A stretch of 64,000 nucleotides of DNA from NCBI GenBank assembly GCA_964016885.1, contig OZ024757.1:1-64000 (forward strand). Direction: 5' to 3'. The notes beneath the pieces were generated by a model. The model was not told where the DNA came from. It did not search any database and saw nothing but the letters and a program-made list of their open reading frames with translations. Below are positions 9,900 through 23,029 of the stretch, in pieces (within the stretch, counting starts at the first letter, position 1; every line of letters begins with the position of its first letter). Both the position numbers and the translations under genes were made by a program. This DNA comes from Eledone cirrhosa (taxonomy: Eukaryota).

Positions 9900-12465
9900 A
9901 TGCTTCAAGTGAACTATAACCTCCTCCTTCCCTTACGCCTGAGCCAGGCCCAGTTCACAACTGTAAAGAAACTCTTCCAGCTATCTGAAAAGCGCGCCAA
10001 AGCCGGCTGCCAAATAAACTTCCTAAAACGATGCCTGAATAACAACATCATCCCCAAAACTATCAAAAATTTGCACCTACCAACATGCTTCAAATCACCA
10101 GGCCTCAAACGATCAGTTAGTTACATACAAACATTCTGCCTAAGAAAACTCATACAACACCTACACTGCACGCTACAACATCACATACGGACTATTTCCA
10201 GCCTTGTACCACAACTCGCTGAAACCCCAGAACCTCTGTCCAGAGTCATCTCCGCCACTATAGACAGGTCATACCACCATCGCCGAGACTACGAGAAAAT
10301 ACGTCTAACGCAAAAATTTCTCAAACTCAGGACGGCCAACTGTCTTAACAACATCCCAACTCTAAACACCAACAGAGGCGAACAAGACGGTACCAACACC
10401 GAACCTAGCGGCGCCCCGACCAACAACACACCTGACGCAAAACACATCGTCACAGACTTGACAGGATCCCTCTCCTGAGAGGAATTAGACCTCCTCAGCC
10501 TGGGTCCCAAGTTTATATTGAAACAGAGACTGGACGACAAATTATGGCTCGACATAGAAACGAATTTCTGTCGGGCTGCCTACCAACTAAAATGGATATC
10601 GACTCTCGGCAACAACACCACGGAATCTATCAAACCCAGATTCCTGATATACCAACTAGATCAGCCACTCTGTCCACCGCCTGCCAACCGCGAGCTTGAA
10701 GAAAAACTCTCAAGGCTAAAACATTCCGTATTTAACATCTTACGGAAACAGAAGAAGATAGACCCAAACCTCTCCAGGACACAACTCGCCCTGAAGAACC
10801 TACGGAATAGGGAACTTGTATACTTACCATCCGACAAAGGTAAAGAGTTTTGCGTCATCTCTCAAGCCACATACAATAACCTAGCCTTTGAACACCTAAG
10901 CGACAATGAATTATACACAGAGATCCCGGACATGACTGCAGCCCAGATCGAAAAACAAACCAACTCCATCTGGTTCGATATCTGTAGGAGAAGACAACTC
11001 CCAAATAAAGTTAAGCTCAACTACACCACTAGAAATAGCAGACTGCCCACTTTCTACCACCTCATCAAGACCCACAAGAATAGTACTAAGACGCAAATAA
11101 GACCCATCGTCTCTAGCATAGAAGGACCCCTATACAAAATTTCCTGGCTCCTCAAGCCTCTACTCTCCACCTTTCCCGGGCATGTCAGTAGCTCCGACGA
11201 AGTTATACGTAGACTACACCAACTCCAGCCAGAACAACTTAAACTAAATAGTTACGCCTTTAGCCTCGACGTTGTCTCCCTCTACACTACAGTCCCCGCC
11301 TATCCAGCTGTCAATTTATTGACGGACTGCGTGGTCGCAGAGGACATCCACTGCTACGGTCTCCACCCGACGGACATACACCAGCTTTTGTCCTTCACAG
11401 TAGACAACACGTACTTCACCTTCCACCACCACACATACAGACAGACAACAGGATTACCCATGGGATCCAGCCTATCGGGCCTGCTGGCCATCACCTACAT
11501 GAACCAGCTAGAATGCCGAGCCCTCAACACCTGCCATTCCCATACCTTCTTCATCCGATATGTAGATGACATACTCATCCTTACATCATCCCGTGAGGAG
11601 GCAGATAAAATATACACAACATTCTCCTGCATGGACGCCAGTATAAAGTTCAGCATGGAACACCCCGATGACCGCGGATCCCTATCCCTACTGGACTTCC
11701 AACTCAGGGTAACAGAGGAAGGCAACATCCACACCTGCTTCTATAAAAAAGCCGCCAGCAGGGACCTGTTCGTACATTTCAGATCGGCCCTCCCACTCGG
11801 TGCCAAGTTCGGATACATAAGGAACGAACTGGCACGTATCCGGAACAAATGCACCGACGCTAGAGACCGAGACACACACACCACACATTTCCTGGAAGTA
11901 CTCAAACTGAACGGATACACGACATCCACCACAAACCGTGCCAGAAAGAACAGGACACCACACCCGAGGCACTAACACTTGCTTCCTGAAGCTCCCACAC
12001 TTCAGTGAAGAAACAACAACAGCCATCCGCAGAGCCATCAGACAAGAGGGACTAGATATCCAACTGGCCCACTCAGGTCCTTCTCTATGCGGACAGCTAA
12101 CCCAAAGACACTCCACCAGACATGACAACTGCTGCAGACTAGCCAACTGCTCCATCAACGACACAGACCTATGCCACCAGGCTTACGTCGTATACAGACT
12201 AGAGTGTGACAAATGCAACAACTTCTACGTAGGTAGCACCACCAGACCACTCTACATAAGAATAAAAGAACACCTCAATACTAACGCTTCCTCATTTAAG
12301 AAACATCTAGTTAAATGCAAAAACACCGACAAAACCATAACAGTTAGGATAGAAACTAAGGAAAGAAACCTCGGCAATCTTAGAATTAAGGAAGCACTAA
12401 TTATAGACAAAACACAACCACCAATCAATAATAGACTAGAACTCAACACCCAATTTATAACCTGA
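9900..12465 (+). pseudogene. PLE reverse transcriptase and GIY-YIG endonuclease polyprotein (one stop, one frameshift)
   Basis: ATG at 9900; in-frame TGA 10476-78 in LS*EELDLLSLGPKF; PSDKG, RPIVS, FSLDVVSLYT, YRQTTGLPMGSSLS, RYVDD, LSLLD; frameshift ~11960; VVYRLECDKCNNFYVGST..RIKEH..KEALII..IN. Confidence 0.93.
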
Positions 12466-12820
12466 TAGAGTTTCTAGCCCCATATTTACACCCCCCCACA
12501 CACGCTTAATTATCCACTTATTCTCTCTCACACATACACACACAAAACCAGTTCTAACACCAGATAACACCTATCCCCCACATTTACGAATATACTTATC
12601 TTCTCACACTAACATACTTACACCTTCATGCATTCTCCCACACACTTAAACAGGCATGTATATAAAAAAAAAACACAAAACAAAAACAAACCCCTTTTAA
12701 AGGGAGACTACTCTTTATCCACCTAATTTTAACTCTTTGACATTAGAGATAGAACAGATACTCTATACCATTTCCTGTCAGCATGACTTGGCAAGCTATT
12801 TAGAACGCTGGTTTGAGACC

Positions 12821-12876
12821 TTTATTTCCCTCTGAAGAAGAGATATTATCTCGAAAATTAAGGACATTTAAATAAA
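12821..12876 (+). ncRNA. Minimal hammerhead ribozyme in 3' pseudo-LTR
   Basis: Identical to 9724-9779, 3097 bp downstream. Confidence 0.75.
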
Positions 12877-13606
12877 TCTAAGGTAAAAGACTAATTGTCA
12901 ACAATATCTTTTGCATTTGCATTCTTTATTCTATGTCCATACCTGCATTGTTTTGGCTTTATTATACATATTCAAACGTTTATACCTCATTACACAATGC
13001 TTCAAGTGAACTATAACCTCCTCCTTATTTATTTTATTTTATCTTATATATATATATATATATTATTTTGCATTTTCACAATATTATACACAGATGAATT
13101 CAATCGCCTAATTTAGGTGTTGCCTCCCTTGCTGAACCCCACGCGGGGTCAGTTACAGACACATCTATGTGGACTTTCGAACTGAATCCCGTTGACAACG
13201 CGTACTCCTAGTTCAGTCAGGATATGAGAAACTTTATGTAAGTGGACAGTAAATGACTTATGGAGCTGCAGAAACCCCAACACTGGACTTTACCATCATT
13301 CCAGGGGTCCGGGGAGTATCAAACATGTATATTTTCATATATTTTTATATCTGTATATCTGTTTGACCCAAAATAGGAGATCGAATCTTCGCTGTGTGGA
13401 TGATTAGTTTAACCACCATCTCAGTGTGTTTGGCCTTTAACGTAAGTTGTAAGCTCTAATTCATTTGAATTATTGAGCGTTTGCCTCACAATTCGAAAGT
13501 GTTTTCTCGTTATTTCATGGGCTGAAATTCGATTCTCGCTAATTTTTACTTATATATATATATATATATATATATATTGATATATATATATATATATAGC
13601 ACCGGC

Positions 13607-14150
13607 TCAGAGCAGGTGAGTTAAGGTGAAAAAGATATCAGATGCTGAATTTGCCAACGACATAGTTTTGGTGACAAATACAGTGAAGGAGGAAGAGGAT
13701 TTGATGCAGGAGGTTGAGACTGTGTCGATGAGTGTGGGGCTGAGAATGAATGAGACAAAATATCTGGTAGAGAATGTTGAGAAGCCAGAGGGGATCACTA
13801 ATGTAGGCAGGAAGCCGCTAGAATTGGTTGAGGACTTCCTGTATTTGGGAGCAAAGATTGGGAATACGGAAGATGATGTGGTTGAGAGGAAGAGCAAAGC
13901 CTGGGCGGCGTGCATCAGTTTGAGATCGGTGTGGAAGTCGGACCTGCGTAAAGACCTGAAAATCCGCCTCTTCATTGCTGTAGTGGAGTCTGTGCTGCTG
14001 TACGGGTCTAAGACTTGGACACTAAATAACTATTCTGTTCTTGGCACGGGGCAGTGATTGTCTCAGTGCATTGCTGGTGTCTTGTTCTGGGCCCAGAGCG
14101 TGGAGGGCCGTTGCTCTATGCTGTAAAGCAAACAATTATTATTATTATAT
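13607..14150 (+). mobile_element. LINE (RTE-like) RT C-terminal fragment
   Basis: EFANDIVL (degenerate YADD)..GLRMNETK..VEDFLYLG..IRLFIAVVESVLLYGSKTWTL; followed by an (ATT)n tail. Confidence 0.75.
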
Positions 14151-14429
14151 AAAAACTAAACTGTAAAAGTCAACAGTTGACATGATCTTGTATCAGTACT
14201 GATGGTAATATATGTATGTGTGTGTGTGTGAGTGGCGTGTGTGTGTTTGTATGCATGAGTGTTGGTGTGTGAATGGCATGTGTTTGTATGCTTGAGTGTT
14301 GGTGTGTGAGTGAGTGAGTGTGTGTGCCGTGAGTGTCAATAAGTGGTGGTTTTTTTTTTTTGTTATGACCATGCTGTAAAATGGAGGGGCAGATAGGGCC
14401 CATGAGTCCAGTAAGACATACTCTCTAGT

Positions 14430-17400
14430 GCTGGTGGCACTAATAAAATCACCCAGTCCATGCTGTAAAGTTGTAAAGTGGCATTGGTGTTAGGAAGGGC
14501 ATCCAACCAGTGTATCAATGCCAAAACAATTATGAGCACAACAACAAATATATAGGAACAACAAAAATATGAAGACGTCGAATCTCAGAGTTGCAACACT
14601 TAATGTTGGCACTCTCACAGGTAGATCTGGTGAAATAGTGGAGATGCTAGAGCGAAGAAATGTGGATGTGTGTTGCGCGCAAGAGGTGAGATGGAGAGGT
14701 GCCTCTGCGAGACTAGTCGCAGGCAAACATCTTAGCTATAAGCTTTTCTGGGTAGGTAAGGATGATGGGTTAGGGGTAGTAGGCATTTTCCTGGCTGAGA
14801 GATGGATCAATAAGACAATAGAGGTAGTTCGAGTTAATAATCAAATAATTAAGCTTAGATTAGTTGTAGGTAGGAGACTACTGACAATCATCTCTGCCTA
14901 TGCTCCCCAAGCAGGCCTAGGCAAAGAAGAGAAAGACTGCTTTTACGAGCAACTTTTACAAACAACCGCAATGACAGAGGACGGAGACATCATTATGCTA
15001 GCAGAGGACTTCAATGGTCATGTTGGACAGCTCTAGGATGGTTACACCGGGGTACATGGTGGGCACGGTTACGGCTCAAGAAATGAAGAAGGAGTGAGAC
15101 TTCTTGAATTTTGTGATGCAAGTACACTGACTATTTGCAACACTAACTTCCAGAAACCTGCCAACCACCTAATAGCCTACAAATCAGGTGAGCACATAAG
15201 CCAGATTGACTTCTTACTAGTTAGGCAGCGGGACAGGCAGATGGTGTCAAATACCAAGGCATACCCTGGGGAAGAATGTACCCCACAGCATAGGTTAGAC
15301 GTTAGTGATATCTCAGTAAGCAAGAGATGGAATGAGACATATAGGAAGGTGTGGCAAAGAAAGGTTTGAAAGCTAAAAGACCTTTCACTAAAATACAAAT
15401 TTAGGAAAGCCCTTCAAGATGTGTATGACGAAAAAGAAGACAATTTAGAGTCGTATGACATAGATAATAACTGGAATTTCTTACGTGACAACTTACTGCA
15501 GGCTACTGATGAAACTTGTGGCTGGAGCAGAGCTCCAGCCAGACAGAGAGTGACCTGGTGGTGGAACAGCACAGTAGATAAGGCCATTAGAGACAAAAGA
15601 CTAGCATGGAATGCTTGGGAAAAAGGTGGGAGTAGAGAAGGATATACAGCCGCTAAGAGAGAAGCTAGACGTCAGGTGTACTTAACACGCAGGGAGGCTA
15701 AGAGTAGGAGGTTTGCCAATGTTCTGCGATGGGAAGATCAGAGGTGTGTGGTGTTCCACATTGCAAGGCAGTGTGTCAATGTAAATCAGGATGTTGTTGG
15801 AGATAAATGTGTCCGGGATGATGCCGGTGTACTTAGTGTCACGAATGATCAGAAAAAGGAGGCCTGGAAATGTCATTATGAGAGACTGATGAATGTGGAG
15901 AACGAATAGGAGAGAGAGAGATATTACCCTCAGTAGATCCGACAGAGGGACCAGCTATTGAGATTGACAAATATAGGGTCCAAGAGGCGATTAAGGAAAT
16001 GAAAAATGGTAAGGCTGCTGGACCGCCTGGGATAGTTGCTAAGATGCTGAAGGTATCAGAGGACGTAGGCACTAAACTGGTTGCACGCATCATCAATCAA
16101 GCTATATATGGTGGTGTCATACCCAAAGACTGGTGCAGCAGTATTCTCATAAATTGCTACAAAGGTAAAGGGGATGCTCTGGAGAGGAGCAATTATAGGA
16201 GTATAAAATTGATGGATCAGGTTATGAAAGTAGCAGAAAGGATATTAGCACAACTAATTAGAGAAAGGGTCAAACTAGATGAGAGGCAGTTTGGTTTTGT
16301 GCCTGGGAAAAGTACAACAGATGCCCTCTTCTTGGTGAGACAATTACAAGAGAGGTTCTTAGAGAAGAATAAGCCACTATACTTAGCCTTTGTTGACCTA
16401 GAGAAGGCCTTTGATAGGGTACCCCGATCTGTCATCTGGTGGTCCCTAAAGAAACTAGGTGTTGAGGAATGGCAAGTGAGGACAGTGCAAACTTTGTACT
16501 GAGGTACTCTCAGTAAAGTCAGGGTAGGAATGGAGTTTAGTGTGGAATTCCAGATACAAGTAGGAGTACATCAAGGTTCAGTTCTGAGCCTGCTCTTGTG
16601 CATTATAGTCCTCCAAGCCATAACAGAGGAGTTTAAGACTTAGAAATAGTGGACACCTTCCGTTACTTGGGTGACAAAATCGGCAGTGGGAGGGTGCTCT
16701 GAAAGTACAGTAGTTAGAGTCAGAACTGGATGGAAAAAGTTCAGAAAGCTTATACCGCTATTAGCCGCTAAAGGGTTCTCTCTAAAAATGAAAGGCAGGC
16801 TGTATGATGCCTGCATACGATCAGCAATGTTACATGGCAGTGAGACCTGGGCATTGTGTGCAGAGGATATTCGCAGACTGGAGAGGAACGAAGCTTGCAT
16901 GCTCCGCTGGATGTGTAATAGTAATATACGTGAACGGCAAAGCATAAACGAACTAAGGGAAAAATTAGAAATAAGAGGGATCAGATGTTGTTTAATCGAG
17001 AGAAGACTACGCTGGTACGGTCATGTGATGCACATGAAAGATGACAGCTGTATAAAAAAGTGCAGGGCAATAAAAATAGACGGTAGCCACGGAGTAGGCA
17101 GACCCAGAAAAACCTTGGACGACTTGATAAATTACGACCTCACACACTTACACTTCTCCAAGACAATGTCACTGGACCGAGATCCTTGGCGCTACACAGT
17201 AATACAGAAGACCCGCCTTACCTAAGTACAAAGTGAAACCTACTACAGTCAGTAGGCACCTCTAACAAAAATACACCCCCGTCCCACTACCCCTACCCCA
17301 TCCACACCACCCCTTTCAATGTAAAGTTATGTTGGTATCACAACATCCAGTCCGAAACAAATGAGGTCGTGTAGGTGTCATGACAAAAAAACACACTATC

Positions 17401-17595
17401 CACGCTGTAATGTGGCCGTGTAGGTAACAGGGTAAAAACCTCCCAGTCCCCACTGTAAACTTGGTTGGTGTTAGGAAGGGCGTCCAGCCGTAGAAAACCC
17501 GCCAGACAGTCCTATGCGAACAAGACAACCACTCTTGCCTCAAGTGGGAAAACTCCCGTCCAAACCCATGCAAGCGTGGATGATGATGATGATGA
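14430..17595 (+). mobile_element. RTE-clade LINE, nearly full length, degenerate, with internal RT deletion
   Basis: APE endonuclease (ATLNVGTL, QEVRW, ISAYAPQ, DFNGHVG, SQIDF) at 14569-15370; RT (KAAGP, NYRSIKL, QFGF, FVDLEKAFDRV, GVHQGSVLS) at 15999-16640; jumps at ~16640 past YADD to the C-terminus (MLHGSETW, RLRWYGHV, GRPRKT); (GAT)n tail. Confidence 0.92.
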
Positions 17596-17609
17596 TATAT
17601 ATATATATC

Positions 17610-17669
<60 letters not shown>

Positions 17670-17692
17670 CATATATATATATGTGTCTGTGT

Positions 17693-18029
17693 GAAGGCGC
17701 ATGGCTTAGTGGTTAGAGCATTGGCCTTGCAATCGAAAGGTTGTGAGTTCAATTCTCTGACCGGGTGATGTGTTGTTGCTTTGAGCAAGACACTTTATTT
17801 CACATTGCTCCAGTTTACTCAGCTGTAGAAATGAGATGATAGGGACTGGGGTCCCTATCATTCCACTGTAAAGTGGACGTGTGGGTGCCAAGAAAAAAAA
17901 AACACTCAGCACTCAGTGTAAATAAGGTTGGTGTTAGGAAGGGCATCCAGCTGTAGAAATCAAGCCAGAATCAGTTTCCGTCCCACCCTTGCAAGCAGGG
18001 AAAAGCGAACGTAAAATGATGATGATGAT
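17693..18029 (+). mobile_element. tRNA-derived SINE (family A) with RTE-like 3' tail
   Basis: A box TGGCTTAGTGG, B box GAGTTCAATTC, TTGAGCAAGACACT core, TTGGTGTTAGGAAGGGCATCCAGC tail and (GAT)n. Confidence 0.88.
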
Positions 18030-18442
18030 CTATCTACATATTACTAAGTTTCTGTGATTGCTTGTTCGTCTGTAATGTGATAGAGCCAAAAGGGCTCATA
18101 AAACACTTTGAAAGGAAGTTGCACCTGAAATGGGAGTACAAATGGAATAAAACAAGTTTCGCGTAAATCGAAGCCCAGGTTCCCCAAGATATGGGGTTTT
18201 TCTGGGTACCTTCATAAACAGAGAAAGAGAGAGAGAGATAATGGTTGTGAGAGAGTAGATTGACAGAGAGAGAGAGTTGGTGGTGGAGTTGTGTATATAT
18301 AGATATATGTGAGTGTGTGTATATATATATGTGAATGTGCATCTATTACCAGACACCCACATATATATATATACACACACATATATATATATACACACAT
18401 ACACAAAGATAATATACATACATGTATATTTATATATCATAT

Positions 18443-19040
18443 ATCATCATTACCACTATTTAACATCCATTTTCCATGCTAGCATGGGTCACACTTGTTG
18501 TCCTGTTGTGAGACAAGTCAGATCAGGTGTCTATGTCTTGCTCATACAAGAACCATTTCAGGTTTGGTTTCTGTGGCTGGATACCCTTCCTAAAGCCAAC
18601 CACCTTCACAGAGTGGACTGGGCCTTTATTGTTGTGTCACATCACTAACATGACCACCCTATAGGGGTGGGGGGTGGGGGTGGGGAGGGGGGAACTGGGT
18701 AATTTTTGTCTTGTCACCATCACGACAACCACCACCACCTTAGAGGGAAGACTGGGGGCGCTTTGTCATGTGACAATCTGACCACAAAACTGGGCAGTTT
18801 GGGTGCCATCTGTTCGCCACTACATTCACTGCTGATTAGGTCACCCAGGTAACAGAATCTGTCAACTGTTCTATAGAACCCTCAAAGAATTTCATAGAGC
18901 TTGTCCCCTGAGAGTGATTGCTGCTTACTGTTCCAATACAATGACCACATATAAAACCTACGTTCTTAGTTAACTTACCTTGGATCCCAGTACATCTCTT
19001 GTGTACCAGAGTCTGCATTCAGGACAAAGGATTGAATTTC
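18443..19040 (-). mobile_element. Degenerate RTE LINE 3' fragment
   Basis: Minus strand CQ/TLVHKRCTGI..FICGHC..DSVTWVT, same Cys-rich segment as 26563-26832; RTE tail CATGCTAGCATGGAAAA. Confidence 0.7.
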
Positions 19041-19454
19041 TCTCACTCTTGCTATATACTTTATATATTTATAAGTGAAGACATATTTTGATATACATGT
19101 TATATATATATAAACACAGTTAAGTGGTCATGTGTGTGACATGACAAAAAGTGCCCAACCCAAATTGTAAAGTGGTTGTGTAGGTGTCATGACAACAATT
19201 ACCCACTACACACTCTAAATGTGGTTGGTGTTAGGAAGGACATTAGGCCATATAAACCAAGCCAGAACTAGTTCTGTAGGAGTCAAATTCCATTGATTGA
19301 GAACTCACTGCATTTTTCACAGTTATTTTTCAGAAACAACAACTAAAGACTAACAGAAATGAATATGTAAAAAAATATTACAGGTTCCACATGTGATATT
19401 TTTAGTAGTGTTTTCATAAATCAAATAAAGAACCCCAAATTTAATGTGAGGCTG

Positions 19455-19485
<31 letters not shown>

Positions 19486-19934
19486 CATGGAGCTATAGAA
19501 GAAAATGTGGCATATATACATACACAGGGAAAAGATATGAAGAAGATAGTGGTAAGAAACTCTCAGGAGAGCTGGACAGCAGAAGTTCTTCAGAGAAGAA
19601 ACACCTCTCACACAAGTGTTTCAGTCCTTAACTTCTTACACTTTATAGGGGCCAGGCCACATCCAGGTCAATTAAGTCACATGGAGTTTTGGTTGACAGG
19701 ATCTAGCTGGAACTCAGCTTTGTTGCCTCTGGTTTCGAACTTATATCTAGAAACTTTCTTGAGTTAAGAAAAAAAACATTGGTAGTCATGGTAACAGTAA
19801 GATGTCAACAGTGTCACCACCACCGCCAACTACAAACATGACTTACTTAGAGTTACCTACCTTAGAGTGTGTTAAAATACAAACACAATACCCTCAGACT
19901 GTATCGAGGTGTTTTTGTTCAAGAGCTAAATATT

Positions 19935-21840
19935 GTGCTATGAACATAGCACAAAATATAAATAGAATTAATAATAGAAACTTAAATTTAAACCCTAACC
20001 AAACAAACCAAGATAGCAATAATAATATTTCTAACAACAATATTCATAATAATAGTACCGTTCCGAATAACACCTCCAGAAAATGTAACTGTAGAATTAA
20101 ATCCAACTGCCCCTTACAAAATAATTGTTTAGACAAAAGCGTAATTTATAAATGCACAGTTAAAACTAGAGACAAAATATTTAACTATATTGGTGCCACT
20201 TTTACAAAATTCAAAAAACGCTGGTACAACCATAAACATACATTTAATAGATCTGATAAAAAATCTTCCACTTCACTTTCACATTTAATTTGGAATTTAA
20301 AGGACAACAATATAGACTATTCAATATCTTGGGTAACGATCTCTAAAGCACCTGCATACCGAAATATGGCTTTTTCAAGAATCTGTAATTTATGTATAGA
20401 GGAAATTTATTATATAATTAACTGTCAAAACTCTATTAATTTAAAAACAAAAATATTTTCTAGTTGCAGACATCGACAAAATTCCACTTTCAGAAGTATT
20501 TTTAATTTATGATATTCATTACACTTAACTATATCTTATACACCTTTAAAATGATCCGATTATTTACTGTGTATTTCTTTAAAATTAAAAAAAATTTTAA
20601 ATGATCTTTCTTCTTAAATTTATTATTTTTACCATTTGATATTATTTTCCTAATGATACTCTTATTAATTTTTTTCAGATGTTGATTGATAATCTTTAAT
20701 TGACATTCTGAAAGATATCCTCTTTACAATAATTCTTCGAAATGCATAATACTTTTTGACTCTTTTTAATCTTCAAACTTTCCACACATCTTTTGACATG
20801 AATAATATGTAATTGAAATTCTCATCCTCGAAAAAATAATCTCAAACAAAATAATATATAATTTTCTCTACATACTTTCTGAATAAATCATCAAATTTAA
20901 TGGTTAGCAAATAAGATTGGAGTTATCTTTTCCTTTACAAAAACACAATTGATAACTTCTATGATAAACTATATAACTTCGCCAAATTAACAACATTCTG
21001 AAAACATTTTCAATGTTAGAACAAAATATTTGAATCTACAAATTGTTCTCCTCTTACAACTTGAACTACGTCTTTTTCTTAAATATTTATGTAAAATGTA
21101 AAATCAAAATCCTCCATAACTCATATTAGAAATGTAAACAATTAATACGTGCCTTTTATTTTTATTTCTATAAAATCACCAATAATACTTATACTTGCAC
21201 AATTATTAATCTATTTATACACTTACAACCTGTTCTAATGTAATAAGATAAAATGTACTTACAACCATAATTCTTCATATAATCTAATTGATTATATATA
21301 CAATATTATAACTCATAATATAGCTAAATTAATTTTTTTCTAATTCTGTAATCATACTCCACCATTCCTACAAACTGTTAATCCTTTTTAAATTAACGTA
21401 AATACAAGCTCTTCTTTCTTTCTTTTTCTTTTTTTCTTTCTTCCTCCTACTCATACATACATATATCCTAATAATTATTTACCTAGCGTCTGAAAATGAC
21501 GTTTTTTTCAGCCCTATACCTCAACCTCATTTGTATACTCATCTTAATAATTTGAAACATTTGACTTTTCTTCTCTTTCCCTTTACTATCCAGGAATAAC
21601 TTGAACTGTTAAGATCCTATTCCTGGTTATATCAATATTTATAAAACAAACTTTGTATTTTATCTGAAGAGAGCAAACCAAAGTTTTGGTACCCTTGAAT
21701 TATATATAATAGAATAAATATAGTTTCCATTTATTTAATATCATTGAATATTATACTCCAGAAAAACTGCTGAGTGCTTTGAATCAGTTATAAACACTTA
21801 TATATGTTTAATTACCAACAAATTAAATATCCCTTTTGCC
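19935..21840 (+). mobile_element. 5'-truncated PLE (Hydra-like): GIY-YIG ORF end at 19940-20512 plus long AT-rich 3' UTR ending in (TA)n
   Basis: CNCRIKSNCPLQNNC..VIYKCTV..NYIGAT..FKKRWYNH..TSLSHLIWNLK..CNLCIEE..FSSCRH; homologous to 6035-6896. Confidence 0.88.
21656..21716 (+). ncRNA. Degenerate minimal hammerhead in PLE 3' end
   Basis: TATTTTAT, CTGAAGA, GAGcaaACCAAAgtTTTGGTaccCTT, GAAT (instead of GAAA), TATATA, TA, ATAGAATA. Confidence 0.6.
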
Positions 21841-21862
21841 TATATATATATATATATATATA

Positions 21863-21988
21863 TGGGAAAAGAGTCAGGAGTTCAGCTGTCGGGGTCCTGA
21901 CTCTTTTCCTATTACCCACTCTGCTACCCTAAGTATCGAGTACTCTGGTGCATTATGATCCACCTGGTTCCTTACCACACTTCCTTCG

Positions 21989-21991
<3 letters not shown>
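21863..21991 (+). mobile_element. 129-bp extreme-3' PLE fragment with 17-bp inverted 5' cap, inside (TA)n
   Basis: Matches the reverse complement of 4500-4610 and 38272-38380; TGGGAAAAGAGTCAGGA is the inverse of TCCTGACTCTTTTCCTA. Confidence 0.85.
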
Positions 21992-22021
<30 letters not shown>

Positions 22022-22022
22022 T

Positions 22023-22346
22023 GGAGGCACATGGCCTTGCAATCGAAAGGTTGTGAGTTCAATTCTCAGACCGGCTGATGTGTTGTTTCCTTGAGCAAGA
22101 CACTTTATTTCACATTGCTCCAGTTTACTCAGCTGTAGAAGTGAGATGATAGGGACTGGGGTCCCTATCATTCCACTGTAAAGTGGACGTGTAGGTGCCA
22201 CGGCAAAAAAGCACCCAGCACTCACTGTAAATGAGGTTGGTGTTAGGAAGGGCATCCAGCTGTAGAAATCAAGCCAGAATCAGTTCCCGTCCCACCCTTG
22301 CAAGCAGGGAAAAGCAGACGTAAAATGATGATGATGATGATGATGA
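22023..22346 (+). mobile_element. SINE family A copy (A-box region deleted)
   Basis: High identity to 17693-18029; (GAT)n tail. Confidence 0.88.
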
Positions 22347-22682
22347 AGATATGTTTATATATGAATATATGTATATGAAAATTTGTTTGTGTGGATCAGT
22401 GTACAAACAAAAACAAGTAACATTGCTTACCAAAGTATTTTTCTCGACATGGTCTTTGTATATTGTAAGATGCAGCGACCTCACCTCGAACTTTGAAATC
22501 TTTCTGATGAAATGCAGTATTTTATGTATTGCTCGTGACTGCGCATGATAATAATATGTAACCAGCAGTTGTAGACTGATATTATATTGAAACATGGGTT
22601 AAAGAATGGGCTTTGATTAATTTTTTCTCTTCTAGCCTATACTTCATGCCTAGTCATTTGTTTTTCTTATACATTTAAATAT

Positions 22683-22718
<36 letters not shown>

Positions 22719-22754
22719 TTGTGTGAGTGTGTAAATGGTAAACAGAAATAACAC

Positions 22755-22794
<40 letters not shown>

Positions 22795-23029
22795 TGAAGG
22801 TAGGCTGAAAAGTTTATAGGCTAACTATGAAGAAGTGATGGTGATGCTAGATTTGTGCAATCTTGCATGCTTTAATTTCTCTGTGGAAACCTATTCCTGG
22901 TATGTTATATAATTGATGTAAAATTAACATTAGTTGGATTTAAACTCAGAGTTGAGTGCTGGAACAAACACTGTAATTCTACACAGATATATACACATGA
23001 ACACATAAATATATAGTTATAATTATACC

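Larger units (their letters stand above)
9373..13026 (+). mobile_element. Near full-length Penelope/Poseidon-type retroelement with direct pseudo-LTRs
   Basis: ~550-bp direct repeats 9373-9929 and 12477-13026, each overlapping the ORF start, flank an RT plus GIY-YIG ORF. Confidence 0.93.

Noticed and set aside
10476-10478. In-frame TGA as selenocysteine or read-through in the PLE ORF
   Set aside because: It falls at a variable non-Cys position (LS*EE), consistent with a point mutation such as CGA>TGA. The same copy also has a frameshift, and no SECIS was recognised.
12895-13116. Separate small gene MSTISFAF..
   Set aside because: It is the duplicated ORF start within the 3' pseudo-LTR
13165-13225. 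Hammerhead on the minus strand (CTGACT-GAACT..AGTTC-GAAA)
   Set aside because: The core lacks G8/A9 in register, and there is no valid NUH or helix I partner
17693-17765. tRNA genes at SINE heads (also 26961 and 35680)
   Set aside because: A and B boxes are present but continue into SINE bodies in multiple copies, and there is no complete cloverleaf
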